DNA of 64,000 nucleotides, taken from positions 1-64,000 of the forward strand of contig RQSC01001393.1 in NCBI GenBank assembly GCA_013416795.1, read 5' to 3'. This DNA is from Prasinococcaceae sp. CCMP 1430 (lineage: Eukaryota > Plantae > Prasinodermophyta). Under the pieces are notes generated by a model. It ran no database searches. It was not told where the DNA came from and saw nothing but the letters and a program-made list of their open reading frames with translations. The position numbers and the translations under genes were made by a program. The stretch's first letter is position 1, and the number at the start of each line of letters is the position of its first letter. Of the stretch, positions 22,045-33,300 are shown in pieces.

Positions 22045-22680
22045 TCACAACCGCGTCATGAGGGCCAGCACAGCCTTGGCGGCGGCGCGCGTGCCCGTGT
22101 ACGCGGCATTCTCAAGCGTCGGCGCGGAAGGGTCGCCAGCGCCGAAGGTGTCGCCAGCATGCGCGTGGGATCCCTCGCTGCTGTCAGTCACCGCCGGGCC
22201 GGCGGCAGCCACGTCGCGCAGCATGCGGTAGAGCGCCCGCAGCTCGTCGCGCTCAGGGTCAGGACGGCCTCGGTCGCCCGCATCGACGCGCCCGTGCGAT
22301 TCGCCTGCCGTGCGCATGCCGGAATGCCCCGCGCCGCCCGTCGCGTGCAGCTCCCGCAGGCAGTCCTCGTAGTGCTCTGAGAGGGCGGCACGCGCGCCGG
22401 CAAGAGCGGGGCGCATCGCCTCGCGGCCGAGCACGGCCGCCGCTGCCTCAGCTGCTGCGCCCGCGGCGATGCTAACCGCCGGCGCTGCCAGCGACGGTCG
22501 TGCGCGAGCATCCACCATGGCTCCGCGCAGCGCGGCCAGGTGGTCCCCCGCCCCCTCCTGGGGCGCCGCCTCGCCAGCCGCAGCGGCCACGCGCCCCAGC
22601 ACAGACTCGAATCCCAGGCCTGCCCGCAGCGCGCTTGCACGCGCCGCCGCCGCGAAGCGCCCGCCGGCACACGCCGACAT
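22045..22680 (-). CDS. Hypothetical Ala-rich protein
   Basis: Protein-like ORF (LSEHYEDCLRELH, DELRALYRMLRD) filling the space between SmE and ALKBH6. No recognisable motif. Confidence 0.45.
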   Translation of the reverse strand: MSACAGGRFAAAARASALRAGLGFESVLGRVAAAAGEAAPQEGAGDHLAALRGAMVDARARPSLAAPAVSIAAGAAAEAAAAVLGREAMRPALAGARAALSEHYEDCLRELHATGGAGHSGMRTAGESHGRVDAGDRGRPDPERDELRALYRMLRDVAAAGPAVTDSSEGSHAHAGDTFGAGDPSAPTLENAAYTGTRAAAKAVLALMTRL

Positions 22681-23052
22681 GGCAGCGCGCGCGTCAAGGC
22701 GGCGGAGAGCGAGCGCGCTCGCGGGCAAGCGCGCCCTTCCCACGGTTCCTGCGCGGGAAGCCGCCCCCGCCGCAGCCAGCGCGCGTGTGGCGCCCCCGTC
22801 TGAGGCCCCGCGCCGGTCGCTCACCGAGCGCGCGCTGATGCATTGAAATTGATGGAGACACGTTTCATGGTGAAAACGCATGCAGACTACACGAAGCTCG
22901 CGCGGCTCCACACCGCGCGCGCGCAGAGCTGCTGCTGCTCCCCTCGCCGCCGCAACCGCCGCAGCAGCAGTGCCAGCTGCCTTCGACCCCGACCTTCCTC
23001 CTCGGCCGATGCGTTGCTGCGCGCTGCGCGCGAACGCGAGCGCGGGCACAGC

Positions 23053-23811
23053 ATGTCGCGGGCGGCGGCGGCGGGCGGCGGCGGCAGTGAGTCCCTCCCG
23101 CCGAGCGTACGCCTCGTGGACGGCTTCGTCACGGAAGCCGAGGAAGCGGCGCTGCTCGAGGGCGCGTGGGCGCGGCGAGGCTGGCGGCGCGTGGCGGGAA
23201 GACGCGCGCTCGCGATGGGCGGCACGCCCAGCCCGAACGGCTTCGTCGGCGAGAGTCTGCCGCGTTTCTTACGCACTCTGTGCGAGCGGGTGAGCGAAGA
23301 GGCGCAGCAGGTGGGCGGCACGGACGCTCTAGGTGGGCTTCGCATAAACCACGTGCTCGCCAACGCGTACGCGCCCGGTGAGGGCATCCTCCCGCACAAA
23401 GACGGGCCCTGCTACGCGCCGTGTGCAGCAATCGTCTCGCTCGGCGCGGGCGAGGCCACGATGGACTTCGTGCCGATACCCCCTGGAGGAGGCACGGCCG
23501 TGCGTGGAAATGAGCGGGCCGGCTGCGACGGCGGCAGAAACGACGGGCGCGATACCGCGGGCGCACGCGCTGAGCAGGAAATTGGTTGTACCGAGGCGCG
23601 GGCAGCGTTGGCATCGCCGCCGCCGGCGTTCTCCGTGCGTCTACCGCGGCGCTCGCTGCTCGTCTTCAGCGGCGCTGCCTACCTTTCCATGATGCACGGT
23701 GTGCGCGCGTGCGACGGACCTGGCGTGCGCGTGAGCCTGACGCTGCGGCACGCTCGCGGCAAGACAGAGAGAGACGCGCCCAAGTGGGCGCCAAGGCTGG
23801 GCGCGCGCTGA
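23053..23811 (+). CDS. ALKBH6: AlkB-family 2OG-Fe(II) dioxygenase, ALKBH6-like
   Basis: SVRLVDGFVTEAEE, NHVLANAYAPGEGILPHKDGPCY, IVSLG, RRSLLVFSGAAY..MHGV, RVSLTLR. Confidence 0.85.
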   Translation: MSRAAAAGGGGSESLPPSVRLVDGFVTEAEEAALLEGAWARRGWRRVAGRRALAMGGTPSPNGFVGESLPRFLRTLCERVSEEAQQVGGTDALGGLRINHVLANAYAPGEGILPHKDGPCYAPCAAIVSLGAGEATMDFVPIPPGGGTAVRGNERAGCDGGRNDGRDTAGARAEQEIGCTEARAALASPPPAFSVRLPRRSLLVFSGAAYLSMMHGVRACDGPGVRVSLTLRHARGKTERDAPKWAPRLGAR

Positions 23812-23891
23812 GGAGGAATGCCCCGAGCCGCTGCGCCGCTGCGCCGTGGGGACCGCAATGACTCAACGAGGTGTACGACCTCCTGCGAGTA

Positions 23892-25046
23892 TCATTCAAT
23901 TGCCTCGGAGAGGGTGCGCAAGAAGGCCTCGTCGGCGGCGCGTGCAGCGGAGTCGTCGATCTCTCGAAAGTGTAACAGCACGACCTCGAGGCCGTCAGCG
24001 CCCGGGTAGCGCGCCACCTCGGCGGCGGCTCGGCCGGCGGCGTGCGCCGCCCATCGCTTGGGGTTGCCGAACACACCCGCGCCGACGAACGTGAGGAAAC
24101 AGCGCGGCGCTCTCAGCGTGGCTGCGGACAGCACGCAGTGCTCGTATGATGCCTCCAGGAGCGGCCTCGCGAAGGGCTCCCACTCTTCCGCAGTCAGGTC
24201 CCGCTCGTCGTACGCAATTGCCGCAGCGGCGCAGTAGCACTGATGCACGAGGTGCGGCCGGCCGGCCCTCCGCCGCTGCCGCTGGGCACACGGGTGCGTC
24301 TCCCTGAACAGCACCTCCGTGTCGGTCTGCAGCCCCACGCGCGTTGCTGCTCGCAGCTCGGCCTCGCGCTCTGCGCAGCGCCGCGCAAAGTCGGCGTCGA
24401 ACGCCCTCGCCGACAGCAGGTATCCGTTTTGCCGCCGAAGGTACCCCCCTATGCCCGCCGCCTGCACCGCGTCACGCACCGAGTCGCAAGTCGACACCCC
24501 GCCCTGGGTCGCCGGATCCCAGTTTAGCACGTAGTTGCGGGCAAGGGTCCCAGCTGCGCACACGACAGCGCATGCCGGCCCCTGCGTCCGGTCCGCGCCG
24601 TAGTACGTGATCCCGTCCGCCGGGGCGTATCCCGAGCTCGCAGGGTGTTCGAGGTAGTTGCACTGCGACGCCGCCTGGAAGAGGCAGCCCGCGTTGGCCT
24701 CGTCGGCGTGCTCTGCCGCGACCGAGTTCGTCGCGCGATGACTCAGCTTGACTCTCCCCTTCCTCGGCACGCTCTCTTCCGCGCCGAGCGCCGCCGCGGC
24801 CGCTTCCCTCGCTTCCTGGAGCGTCGGCTCGGCAAATGCCCCAGCTAGGAGCCTCTCTCCCGTTCGCTTGACGACGACCGTGGTCGTCGGCAGCGCCGCG
24901 CCACCTCCGGGCGCTGTCGAGGCTCGGGCGGGCGCTCCCCCGGCGGCCTCGAACGACAACGGCCCCTGCCCTCGCGCCACCTCGGCCGGGCGCTCGGGCT
25001 CCCCCGCAGCGAGGATGGAGAAGAAGTCGCCGGCGGCGCCCCCCAT
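23892..25046 (-). CDS. Uncharacterised protein of the FQxASQxN/DxTQGP family, putative macro/PARG-like fold
   Basis: LFQAASQCNYLE, GITYYGADRTQGPACA, LARNY, QTDTEV, FLTFVGAGVFGN. Confidence 0.6.
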   Translation of the reverse strand: MGGAAGDFFSILAAGEPERPAEVARGQGPLSFEAAGGAPARASTAPGGGAALPTTTVVVKRTGERLLAGAFAEPTLQEAREAAAAALGAEESVPRKGRVKLSHRATNSVAAEHADEANAGCLFQAASQCNYLEHPASSGYAPADGITYYGADRTQGPACAVVCAAGTLARNYVLNWDPATQGGVSTCDSVRDAVQAAGIGGYLRRQNGYLLSARAFDADFARRCAEREAELRAATRVGLQTDTEVLFRETHPCAQRQRRRAGRPHLVHQCYCAAAAIAYDERDLTAEEWEPFARPLLEASYEHCVLSAATLRAPRCFLTFVGAGVFGNPKRWAAHAAGRAAAEVARYPGADGLEVVLLHFREIDDSAARAADEAFLRTLSEAIE

Positions 25047-25096
25047 CGCTGGCGCCCGTCTCCCCCGCCGGCGCGACGCGCGCCGCGGTCGCGCCN

Positions 25097-25625
25097 GGTC
25101 GGGGGTGCTGGGGCTCGTGACGTTCATGTCTGCGCTGCCGGTGGGGGTGATGATCGACGCAGGCGTGCTGCGCCGGCAGCGCCTCCTGCGTGCCGCGGGC
25201 GTGCTCGGCGCGTGCTCGGCGGTGGCGTTTGCGGCGGTACTCATCGTGGGCGGCGGCTTGCGAAACGCCGAGGCCGGGGGCGACGGCAAGCGTGTCTTCG
25301 GCGCGCTCTGCGCCGCGCTCGCACTGTGGGGGCTCTTCACAGGCGTGCAGAGCGTCTCCGTCGAGACGACCTTCGCGGACAGCGTGCCCACTGGCCACCG
25401 CTCGCTGTTGTACACCTACAAGTCCTCGCTGCGCACCGCAGGCAACTCGGTGGGGCCGCTCACGTCCATCCCCATCTTCGCCGCCCTCGGCGGACAGTGG
25501 CGCACGAAGGACCTGACCATAGTGATGCTGGTCGGGCAGGCGATATCGCTGCTGCCTTGCGCGATGCTTTTCATGTTCAGGGACAGCGACACGCTCGGCC
25601 AGGAGAGCGAGGCGCTCCCGACCTC
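25097..25625 (+). CDS. MFS transporter fragment (part of the N-terminal half only)
   Basis: [19 protein letters not shown] (motif A-like), hydrophobic helices, [21 protein letters not shown]. Starts at a single-N join and runs into the pyrH presequence. Confidence 0.65.
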
Positions 25626-25721
25626 CGCGCTGCGGCGGCGGCGGGGCGCCAGGCGGGGCGAGCGCGACCCTTGCGGCCGGCGCCGCGCGCGAGAGAGGGT
25701 GTGTGTGCGAGCGCGGCGCAA

Positions 25722-26585
25722 ATGGGTGTCGCTGGCGGCGACGATGGGGCGTACACGGACGATGACGACAGCACTGGCGAGGCGATTGCCGAGCAGATGC
25801 GCCTGCGAGAGGCCGCCGGCGTGTCGACGCCCGAGGCCGCGGGCCCGCCGCCGATGTGGAGCCGCGTGCTGCTCAAGGTGAGCGGCGAGGCCCTGCGCGG
25901 CGCCAACGACGGCGGCATCGACCCCGCGCGCGTGCACGACATCGCGGTGGAGGTGGCCGGCGCGGTGCAGGCGGGCGTGCAGGTGGCCATCGTAGTGGGC
26001 GGCGGCAACTTCATCCGGGGCCGCGAGCTCTCCGAGGGCGGGATGGACCGCGCCTCCGCCGACTACATGGGCATGCTCGCCACGGTCATGAACTCGCTCA
26101 GCCTGCAGGCGGCGCTCGAGGGCGTGGGCGTGCCCACGCGCGTGCAAACGGCCATCGAGATGCGCCAGGTGGCCGAGCCGTACATCCGGCGCAAGGCCAT
26201 TCGCCACCTCGAGCGCGGCCGCGTCGTCATCTTCGGCGCGGGCACGGGCAACCCCTTCTTCTCCACGGACACCTGCGCCGCGCTGCGCGCCGCCGAGATC
26301 AACGCCGAGTGCGTGCTCAAGGCGACCAACGTCGAGGGCATCTTCGACAAGGACCCGCGCAAGCACGCCGACGCCTCGTGCTACGACTTTGTCACCTACC
26401 GCACCGTGGTGGAGGCCAAGCTGAGCGCCACCGACCTGACGGCCATCACGCTGTGCGAGGAGAACTCGTTGCCGCTGGTGCTCTTCGACATGGGCCGCAG
26501 CGGCAACATCCTGCGCGCGGTGCTCAAGGGGGACGTCGGCACGCTCGTCGCGCATGAGGACACGCGGGGGAAGGCGTCGCAGTGA
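25722..26585 (+). CDS. pyrH: Bacterial-type (plastid) UMP kinase
   Basis: [70 protein letters not shown] transit-like Ala/Arg stretch lies upstream of this ATG without its own Met. Confidence 0.95.
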   Translation: MGVAGGDDGAYTDDDDSTGEAIAEQMRLREAAGVSTPEAAGPPPMWSRVLLKVSGEALRGANDGGIDPARVHDIAVEVAGAVQAGVQVAIVVGGGNFIRGRELSEGGMDRASADYMGMLATVMNSLSLQAALEGVGVPTRVQTAIEMRQVAEPYIRRKAIRHLERGRVVIFGAGTGNPFFSTDTCAALRAAEINAECVLKATNVEGIFDKDPRKHADASCYDFVTYRTVVEAKLSATDLTAITLCEENSLPLVLFDMGRSGNILRAVLKGDVGTLVAHEDTRGKASQ

Positions 26586-26956
26586 CGCGATGCGGGCGGG
26601 CGCCCGAGGCGACAGCCGCCGCTCGGCGCACGGCGCGGCGCGCGGCGCGCGGTAAGCCTCGCCAATCTCTGCCGCCGCGCGCGCGAGCACCAGAGCGCGG
26701 CGCCGCCGCCACGCAACGCAACGCCGCGCCACGCCACGCAACGCGCAGACATCCCCACCCTCTGGCCACCGCCGCCTTCGCGCGCGCGACTGCTCCGCGG
26801 GCGCCCAGACAGCCGCGGCCGTCGGCGCCCATGGGCACTGGCCTGCGCTCCGCCCCTCGCTCCACTCCCCAGGCCCAGCCCGCGGGGACGACACACCACG
26901 CGCGGAGACCTCCGCGCGGACCGACCCCTCTCGAAAGCCGCAACTCTTTGCTGCAT

Positions 26957-26984
26957 GGTTTGGGTTAGGGTTAGGGTTCAGGTT
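26957..26984 (+). repeat. Short interstitial telomere-like tract (TTTGGG TTAGGG TTAGGG TTCAGG TTA)
   Basis: Direct reading. Confidence 0.6.
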
Positions 26985-27752
26985 ACCACAAGCGTATCGG
27001 TAGACTACACTGTACGTAGACTCCTGTAGTACAATCGGATAGTACTACCCAGATGGGAATGTACAGTAGTACTACAGTCGTCTACCTGCACACGCATGCA
27101 CAGGTGATGATGGCCGATCGATGAGTGCAGGCTCATTGCCGGTGCGACGCCCATGAGTTGGCGAGACGTAGGCGTCGGGCGCCGCCCCCTGTCCCGCCCG
27201 CAAGGCGCCTGCGATGCGACCTCGCCGCGGCGTGATTGATGGGATCGAAGGGCGATCATTGGCGTTTTGCTCGCAGCCAGCAATTGATTGACTCCACTCA
27301 ATGAGTCACCAAACAATTGCGTGCAATGACATCGGCCGTACCGCGACCTTTCCAAACGCCACGTGATGATGACGGTGCCAAGGAAAGGCGCGGGAGAAGG
27401 AGGCTGGCAGCCTCTGGCAGGGAGCACAGTTGACGGCCGCACGCCGCAATGAGCGTGCGGTCAGAAGAGGCTGGAAAGTGGGGCAGCGCGGCGGCAGCGC
27501 GCCCGCAGCGCTGCGCACCAGACGGCGGCGGCCGTCGCCGCGTGGCACACGGCGCACGCGCTACGCGGCGGTCACGGGCCTGCGCCCCACCCCAACGCCC
27601 CTTTTTCCACAGCGTCCAGCCTCCAAGCGCTGCTCGCGCCGGCGGCGGGGTGGGGGTGGTGTGTGTGTGAGTGTCGGAGGGGAGCCAGTGCATCGCGTGC
27701 GAGCGAGGGGCGTGTGCGCGTCAGTGCTGCTGTCCGCGAGCTCGGCGTAGCG

Positions 27753-28768
27753 ATGGGCATCCGCGGCAGCAAGCAGGCGCGGGGGGAGGCGGCCGGCGAC
27801 GACGGGTCCGAGCGAGCCAAGGCGCCGTCGCCGGTGAGACCTCAGGCTCTCAAGCGCCCGTCCCGAGCCGGCGCGGCGGGCCACCCGTGGCATGATCTGG
27901 TGAGTACTAGGTGCCGACAGGCGCGCAAGTTGTGCGCGCGCGCGCGTGCCCGCCGCCGCGTGCTCGCTGCATGTTCTGACAAGAGCGGCGAACGCCCCTC
28001 GCACCGTCACGCGCATTTTTAAATCCCTGCGCGCATGCAACAAACGCGCGGCAGAGCCCTGGTGAAGGCGTCCCCCACATCGTCAACGCCGTCATCGAGG
28101 TGCCGGCAGGCAGCAAGTGCAAATACGAGCTCGACAAAGAGACCGGCATGATTGTGTTGGACAGGATTTTGTTTTCGAGCGTGGTGTACCCTCACAACTA
28201 TGGTTTCATCCCTCAGACTTTGTGCGAAGACCACGACCCTCTCGACATCCTCGTGCTGTGCCAGTTTCCGATCGCCCCGGGGGCGTTCTGCCGCGCCAAG
28301 CCCATCGGCGTGATGCACATGCTGGATGCGGGCGAGCAGGACGACAAGATCATTGCTGTGGCCGCAGACGACCCCCAGTTCTCGCACTATGCCGATGTCT
28401 CCGAGCTTCCAGCACACATGCTCAAGGAGATCACGAACTTCTTCTCGACCTACAAGATGCTGCAAAATAAGAAGGTGATCGTGAACGAGGAGATCCAGAG
28501 CCGCAAGCAGGCACTCATAGTGACGCGCGATGCCATCAAGACGTACGCCGTGTCGTTGGCAGAGGGCCAGAAGCAGGACAATCGCGCGCTCTTCGAGGCC
28601 TCTGAGGGGTCAATCAAGCGCACCCCGGCGAGCTATCAGAGTCTCGCGAGCTTGGCGACAAGCAGCGACGACGACCTCCCCGGCGGCTCTGCCGTCACCG
28701 GAAAGGCGCCGCCGAGCAAACCGCCAGCGAAAGGCAGCCCGCCCAAAGCTGGGGCAAGGCCGTCGTGA
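27753..28768 (+). CDS. ppa: Family I soluble inorganic pyrophosphatase with N- and C-terminal extensions
   Basis: Exon 27753-27899 (...HPWHDL), GTGAGT intron 27900-28054, then [19 protein letters not shown]...[20 protein letters not shown]...[10 protein letters not shown]. Confidence 0.93.
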
Positions 28769-29067
28769 CGATCGCGTCGCTGGGATTCTGTGCATGAAAA
28801 TAAACTCAAGTCGCGTGCGTCCGGCACGGGCACGTAGATGGCGGCCAGGTCTAGCTGGAGGACGGTGCCTCTGGTACCTACCAGGTACCTGTACCTGTGA
28901 CCAGAAGTGGAAACGTTCATTGCACCATCGTCCGGGCACACTGCTGATGCCAAGCTTGAGGTGGTCAACATCAAAGCATGCTAATGAGACATCCAATTTA
29001 CATGGCACAGAGCGGAGCGCAGGGCATGAGCAGAGCGCGAGCGGCTGCAGCAGCCGCATAGCAGCGC

Positions 29068-30264
29068 TTAGCCTCGCCGAGCGCCGCCGGCGCCGCCACC
29101 CGCCTCGAGCGCACGCAGGTCGCTTGAGGAAATCTTGGGGGCCTCCGCGTCGCCGTCGCCGCCGCCGATTAGGTCGCAGACGACGAGTGCAACCGGCGGC
29201 ATGCCCTGCGCTGCTCGCGCTGCGTTGATGGGCGCACAGGCCGCCTCCGTCTCCGCGCTCACCACAAGCGCCTCCATCCCGCGCATCGTCTGCGCCAGCG
29301 GCGGTTCTGCGGCAGTGAGCTCGCTGGTGTGTACGGCGCCAATATCGGGGCGCACGGCTCGCATGTACGCGATGGCGGCGTCGCGGCGTGCCCCGAAGCG
29401 CTGCAGCAGCTCCTTGTGCGCCTGTAGCGAGCGCACGAGCGCGTGAGAGAGGAGGGGGGGGGGGTAGGGGAGAGAGAGAGGGGCACACGCGCACACACGC
29501 AGAGTTACGAGTCAGCGAGCGCCTACCGCGGTCTTACCCGCTCGCTCTTTTCGGCCACGGCACGCGCTACCTTTCCAACCGCGCACCTTGCTGACCAACA
29601 GCGAGTCACCTGTCACACCCACGTAGGCGGTGCCACCAGCGGCGACGCATGCGGCCGCGCTTGCGAGCAGCAGACGATGGCCCGCGTGCAACCGGTCGAA
29701 TGTGCCGCCGACGGCAACGTGCTCGCATGGCAGGGCGAGGCCTTCCGCCACCTTTGCCACGGAGGGGGCAGCGGGACTTTCGGCGTTGCTGGCGCTGTCA
29801 GCGAGCTCGCCGCTGTCGGGGAGGTCGTGCCCGCATGCACGGAGCAGCGGCAGCACGTCGACCTCTGGCCCGCCGCCGCGCGCGGCCGCCCCGATCACGG
29901 CCGCGAGTGCGCGCAGCGTGGGCTCACCGACGCTCTCGGCAGGTGGACCTTCCAAGGCGACCGTCAAGCGCGCGCACGTGCCGCCGCCCGCAACCGCTGC
30001 GGCCGCGGCGGCGGCGACAGCATCGGCGGCGCCCNGTTCGGAGGTTACCTCCACCGTGTCGGCCGACCGGAAGGAGCGCTTCGACGACATGTGCGCGCTG
30101 GCGTCGGCGCCGGACGCCTGGACGCCGGCGGCGGCGCCGGCGGCGGCGGCGGCGGCGGAGGGCGGGGTGGAGGGCGCTTCATGAGAGCGGGAGAGCGACC
30201 CGTCGAGGTGCGTTGGCCCCCGCGCAGCGCGCGCGGCCGCCGCTGCGGTTGCGGCGGAGCGCAT
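29068..30264 (-). CDS. coaD: Eukaryote-type phosphopantetheine adenylyltransferase
   Basis: VAVGGTFDRLHAGHRLLL, YVGVTGDSL, ALVVSAET, KISSSDLR. Intron 29586-29422. Single N at 30035. Confidence 0.88.
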
Positions 30265-30396
30265 GCTGACGCGCACGAGCGTTGGCGGGCACGATCACGT
30301 GCATGACGTACCGCTCGCATCCCACGCGCCCCTGCGCTGCTCGCGCGCGCCGTTGGCTGGCGCCCTGCGGCGAGCTGTGCCGCCCCGCAGGAGTCG

Positions 30397-33300
30397 ATGC
30401 GCATCGACATCTCGTCCATGCTGCGCGCGTTCCAGGAGGGCTCCGAGGAGACCTTCGTGTTTCCTCCGGGGCTGTCCAATCACGACCGCGCGGTGGTGCA
30501 CGCGGAGTGCAAGAAGTACGGCTTCACATCCAAGTCGCATGGCAAAGGCGAGTCTCGCCGCGTGACGGTCACGCGGCCGCGCGCGGCTGCGAGCGCAGCG
30601 CTGCAGGAGGCGACGCCGCTTGGTGCGTCGCAAGATGTGGTCGGCGCGCTCGTTGAGTACTTCGCCGCGCACCCGCCTACTCAGCACGAGCTGGCCGCCG
30701 TGCAGGCCGAGTCAATGCCGGGTGGCGAGGCGGCCGCAGCGATGGACGGTGGTGGACGGGCGCACCGCGGCGGCGGCGGCGGCGACCCGCTCGGCGGGCA
30801 GTCCCCAGTCGCGGGCGAGGCGCTCGCGGTGGCGCATGCGCAATTCGAGGCGCGTTGTACCGCCGACGCGGGCATGCGTGAGGTGCAGGCCAAGCGCCAC
30901 AGTCTGCCCATCGCGAGCTACAAGAAGGAGGTGCTCGACCTGATCAATTCGCACCAGGTCATCATGATTGCAGGCGCTACCGGCTGCGGCAAGACCACAC
31001 AAGGTGCGCTGCGCTAGGCGGCCGCACGGTGCGCGCGCGGGCCACTGCAGTTGCCGTGGGATGCGCGCTGACGCGCGTGAGCACTGGCGACCGCGATCAC
31101 GTGCATGAAAAAGTGCCGCAATTCCTGCTCGAGGAGGCTGGCGCGGCCGGCCTGCCTGCGCGCATCATCGTGACGCAACCGCGCCGCATCAGCGCCATTA
31201 CTGTGAGCGAGCGCGTGGCCGCCGAGCGAGGCGAGGCCGTGGGCAAGGGCACGGTGGGCTACCAGATTCGCCTCGAGACGCGCGGCAACGCCTCAACGCC
31301 GGTCATGTTCTGCACCAACGGCGTGCTGCTGCGCAAGCTCACCTCGGACAGAGGCGGCTGCCTCGCGGGCGTTACGCACATCCTGGTGGACGAGGTGCAC
31401 GAACGCGACAAGTTCGCGGACTTCCTCCTCATCGTCATCCGCGATATCCTTCCGTCGCACCCTCACCTGCGCGTGGTGCTCATGTCAGCCACGCTCAACG
31501 AGAGCGTGTTCTCGGAGTACTTCGGGGGCTGCCCAGTGGTTCGCGTGCCGGGATTCACGTACCCAGTGGAGCGATTCTTCCTGGAGGACGCGCTCAAACG
31601 CACGGGCTGGACCCCGCCAGGCCAAAAGCAGGCTCAGTCACAGCAGCTGAGCGGAGGAGCTAGCCAGGGCCTCAAGCGCGTGCTCGCACCCGAACTCGCC
31701 GCGCACCTCAACGCTCAGATCGAGCGCGTCTTCATGCTCCCCGACGCCGAGCTCGATGCAGCAGCTTCAGAGCTGCAGCTCTTCTGCGAGCAGTACGCCG
31801 CCGATGGCGCGCTCGCGCATCAGCACCCGCAGACAGGCGCCAGCGCGCTGATGGTGCTTTGCGGCAAGGGCCGCGCCCCCGAGGTCGCCGCGCTTCTCGC
31901 CGCTGGGGCTGACCCCTCGTTGAAGGCTGGCAATGGCTTCGCAGCTGCCGACTGGGCGTCGCACTTCGGTCACGCCGGTCTCGCCGCCGCGCTCGCGCAG
32001 CATGCTGCCGCGCTCGAGGCGCAGAGCAGCGGCGTGGCGGAGGAAGCCATCACGCTGTCTGCGTACCAGCTCGGGAGCAACGCGGACGAGGTGGACTCGC
32101 AGCTGGTTGTACAGCTGCTGCGCTCGCTACGCGAGGAGGCGCATGCGAAGGGTATGCTGCGTGGAGGCGAGGCGAGTGCAGTGCTGGTGTTTATGGGCGG
32201 CTGGGAAGACATAACACGCACGCGTGAGGCCATTGAGGCCGCGCGCGACCTGAGCGGCGCTGTGGCGATCACGCCGCTACACTCGATGGTTGCTCCAGAG
32301 GAGCAGCGCAAGGCATTCAAGAGGCCGCCGCCTGGGAAAATGAAGGTCGTCCTGAGTACGAACATCGCCGAGACCGCCGTGACCATCGACGATGTCGTGT
32401 GGGTGATCGACAGCGGGCGCATGAAGGAGAAGAGCTACGACCCGTATACGGGGGTGTCGACGCTCCAGGCGGGTTGGATCTCTGCGGCGAGCGAGAAGCA
32501 GCGCGAGGGCCGCGCGGGGCGCACGCGCCCCGGCGTGTGCTACCACCTGTACTCGCGTTCGCGCTCCGCTGCGCTGGAGGAGTTCCAGGCACCTGAGCTC
32601 AAACGCACGCCGCTTGAGGAGCTATGCCTGCAGGTGCGCCTCATCACTGCCGATGAGCCTGTGGAGGAGTTCCTCGGGCGCGCCCCCGAGCCGCCTGTGT
32701 CGCAGGCTATCGAGAACGCGCTTTCTCTGCTCGAGTCTATCGGCGCGCTCGACGACTCCCAGCGCCTGACGACGCTGGGGCGCCACCTGGCCGCGTTGCC
32801 GCTCCACCCTCGCTCTGGCAAGATGGTGCTGCTGGGCGCGCTCTTTGGCTGCCTGCCGCCAATGCTGACTGTGGCGGCGGCCACGGGGTATCGATCGCCG
32901 TTTGTGCTGCCGGCGTCGCCGGGGGCGAAGGTGGAGGCCAAGGCGGCGGTGCACCGAATGGCCGCAGAAGGGGGTGGTCGCTCCGACCACCTGGCACTCG
33001 TGGCAGCTTTTGCCGGCCACAGTGCCGCCCGCCAGCGCGGTGGGTGGTCGGCCGAGCGGGCGTACTGCGCGCAATCGTACCTGAGCGCACCGACGATGAA
33101 CATGGTGTCGGGCATGCGCGACCAGCTCGGCAAGGAGCTGCACGCGCGGGGCCTGGACGAAGGCCTGCGCACCGCTGGCTACGGGTCGGAGCTAGTACGC
33201 GCAGTCATCGCCGCCGGGCTGTACCCGCAGGTGGGTCGCCTCGTGAGCCCTGCCGATGGCAACAGCCGCAGCGTCAACATCTCAACGCTGCGTGGTGAGA

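Noticed and set aside
19373-26585. Bacterial-looking rlmN and pyrH as contamination or recent HGT
   Set aside because: Both families are standard nuclear-encoded genes in green plants and sit among intron-containing genes with the same composition
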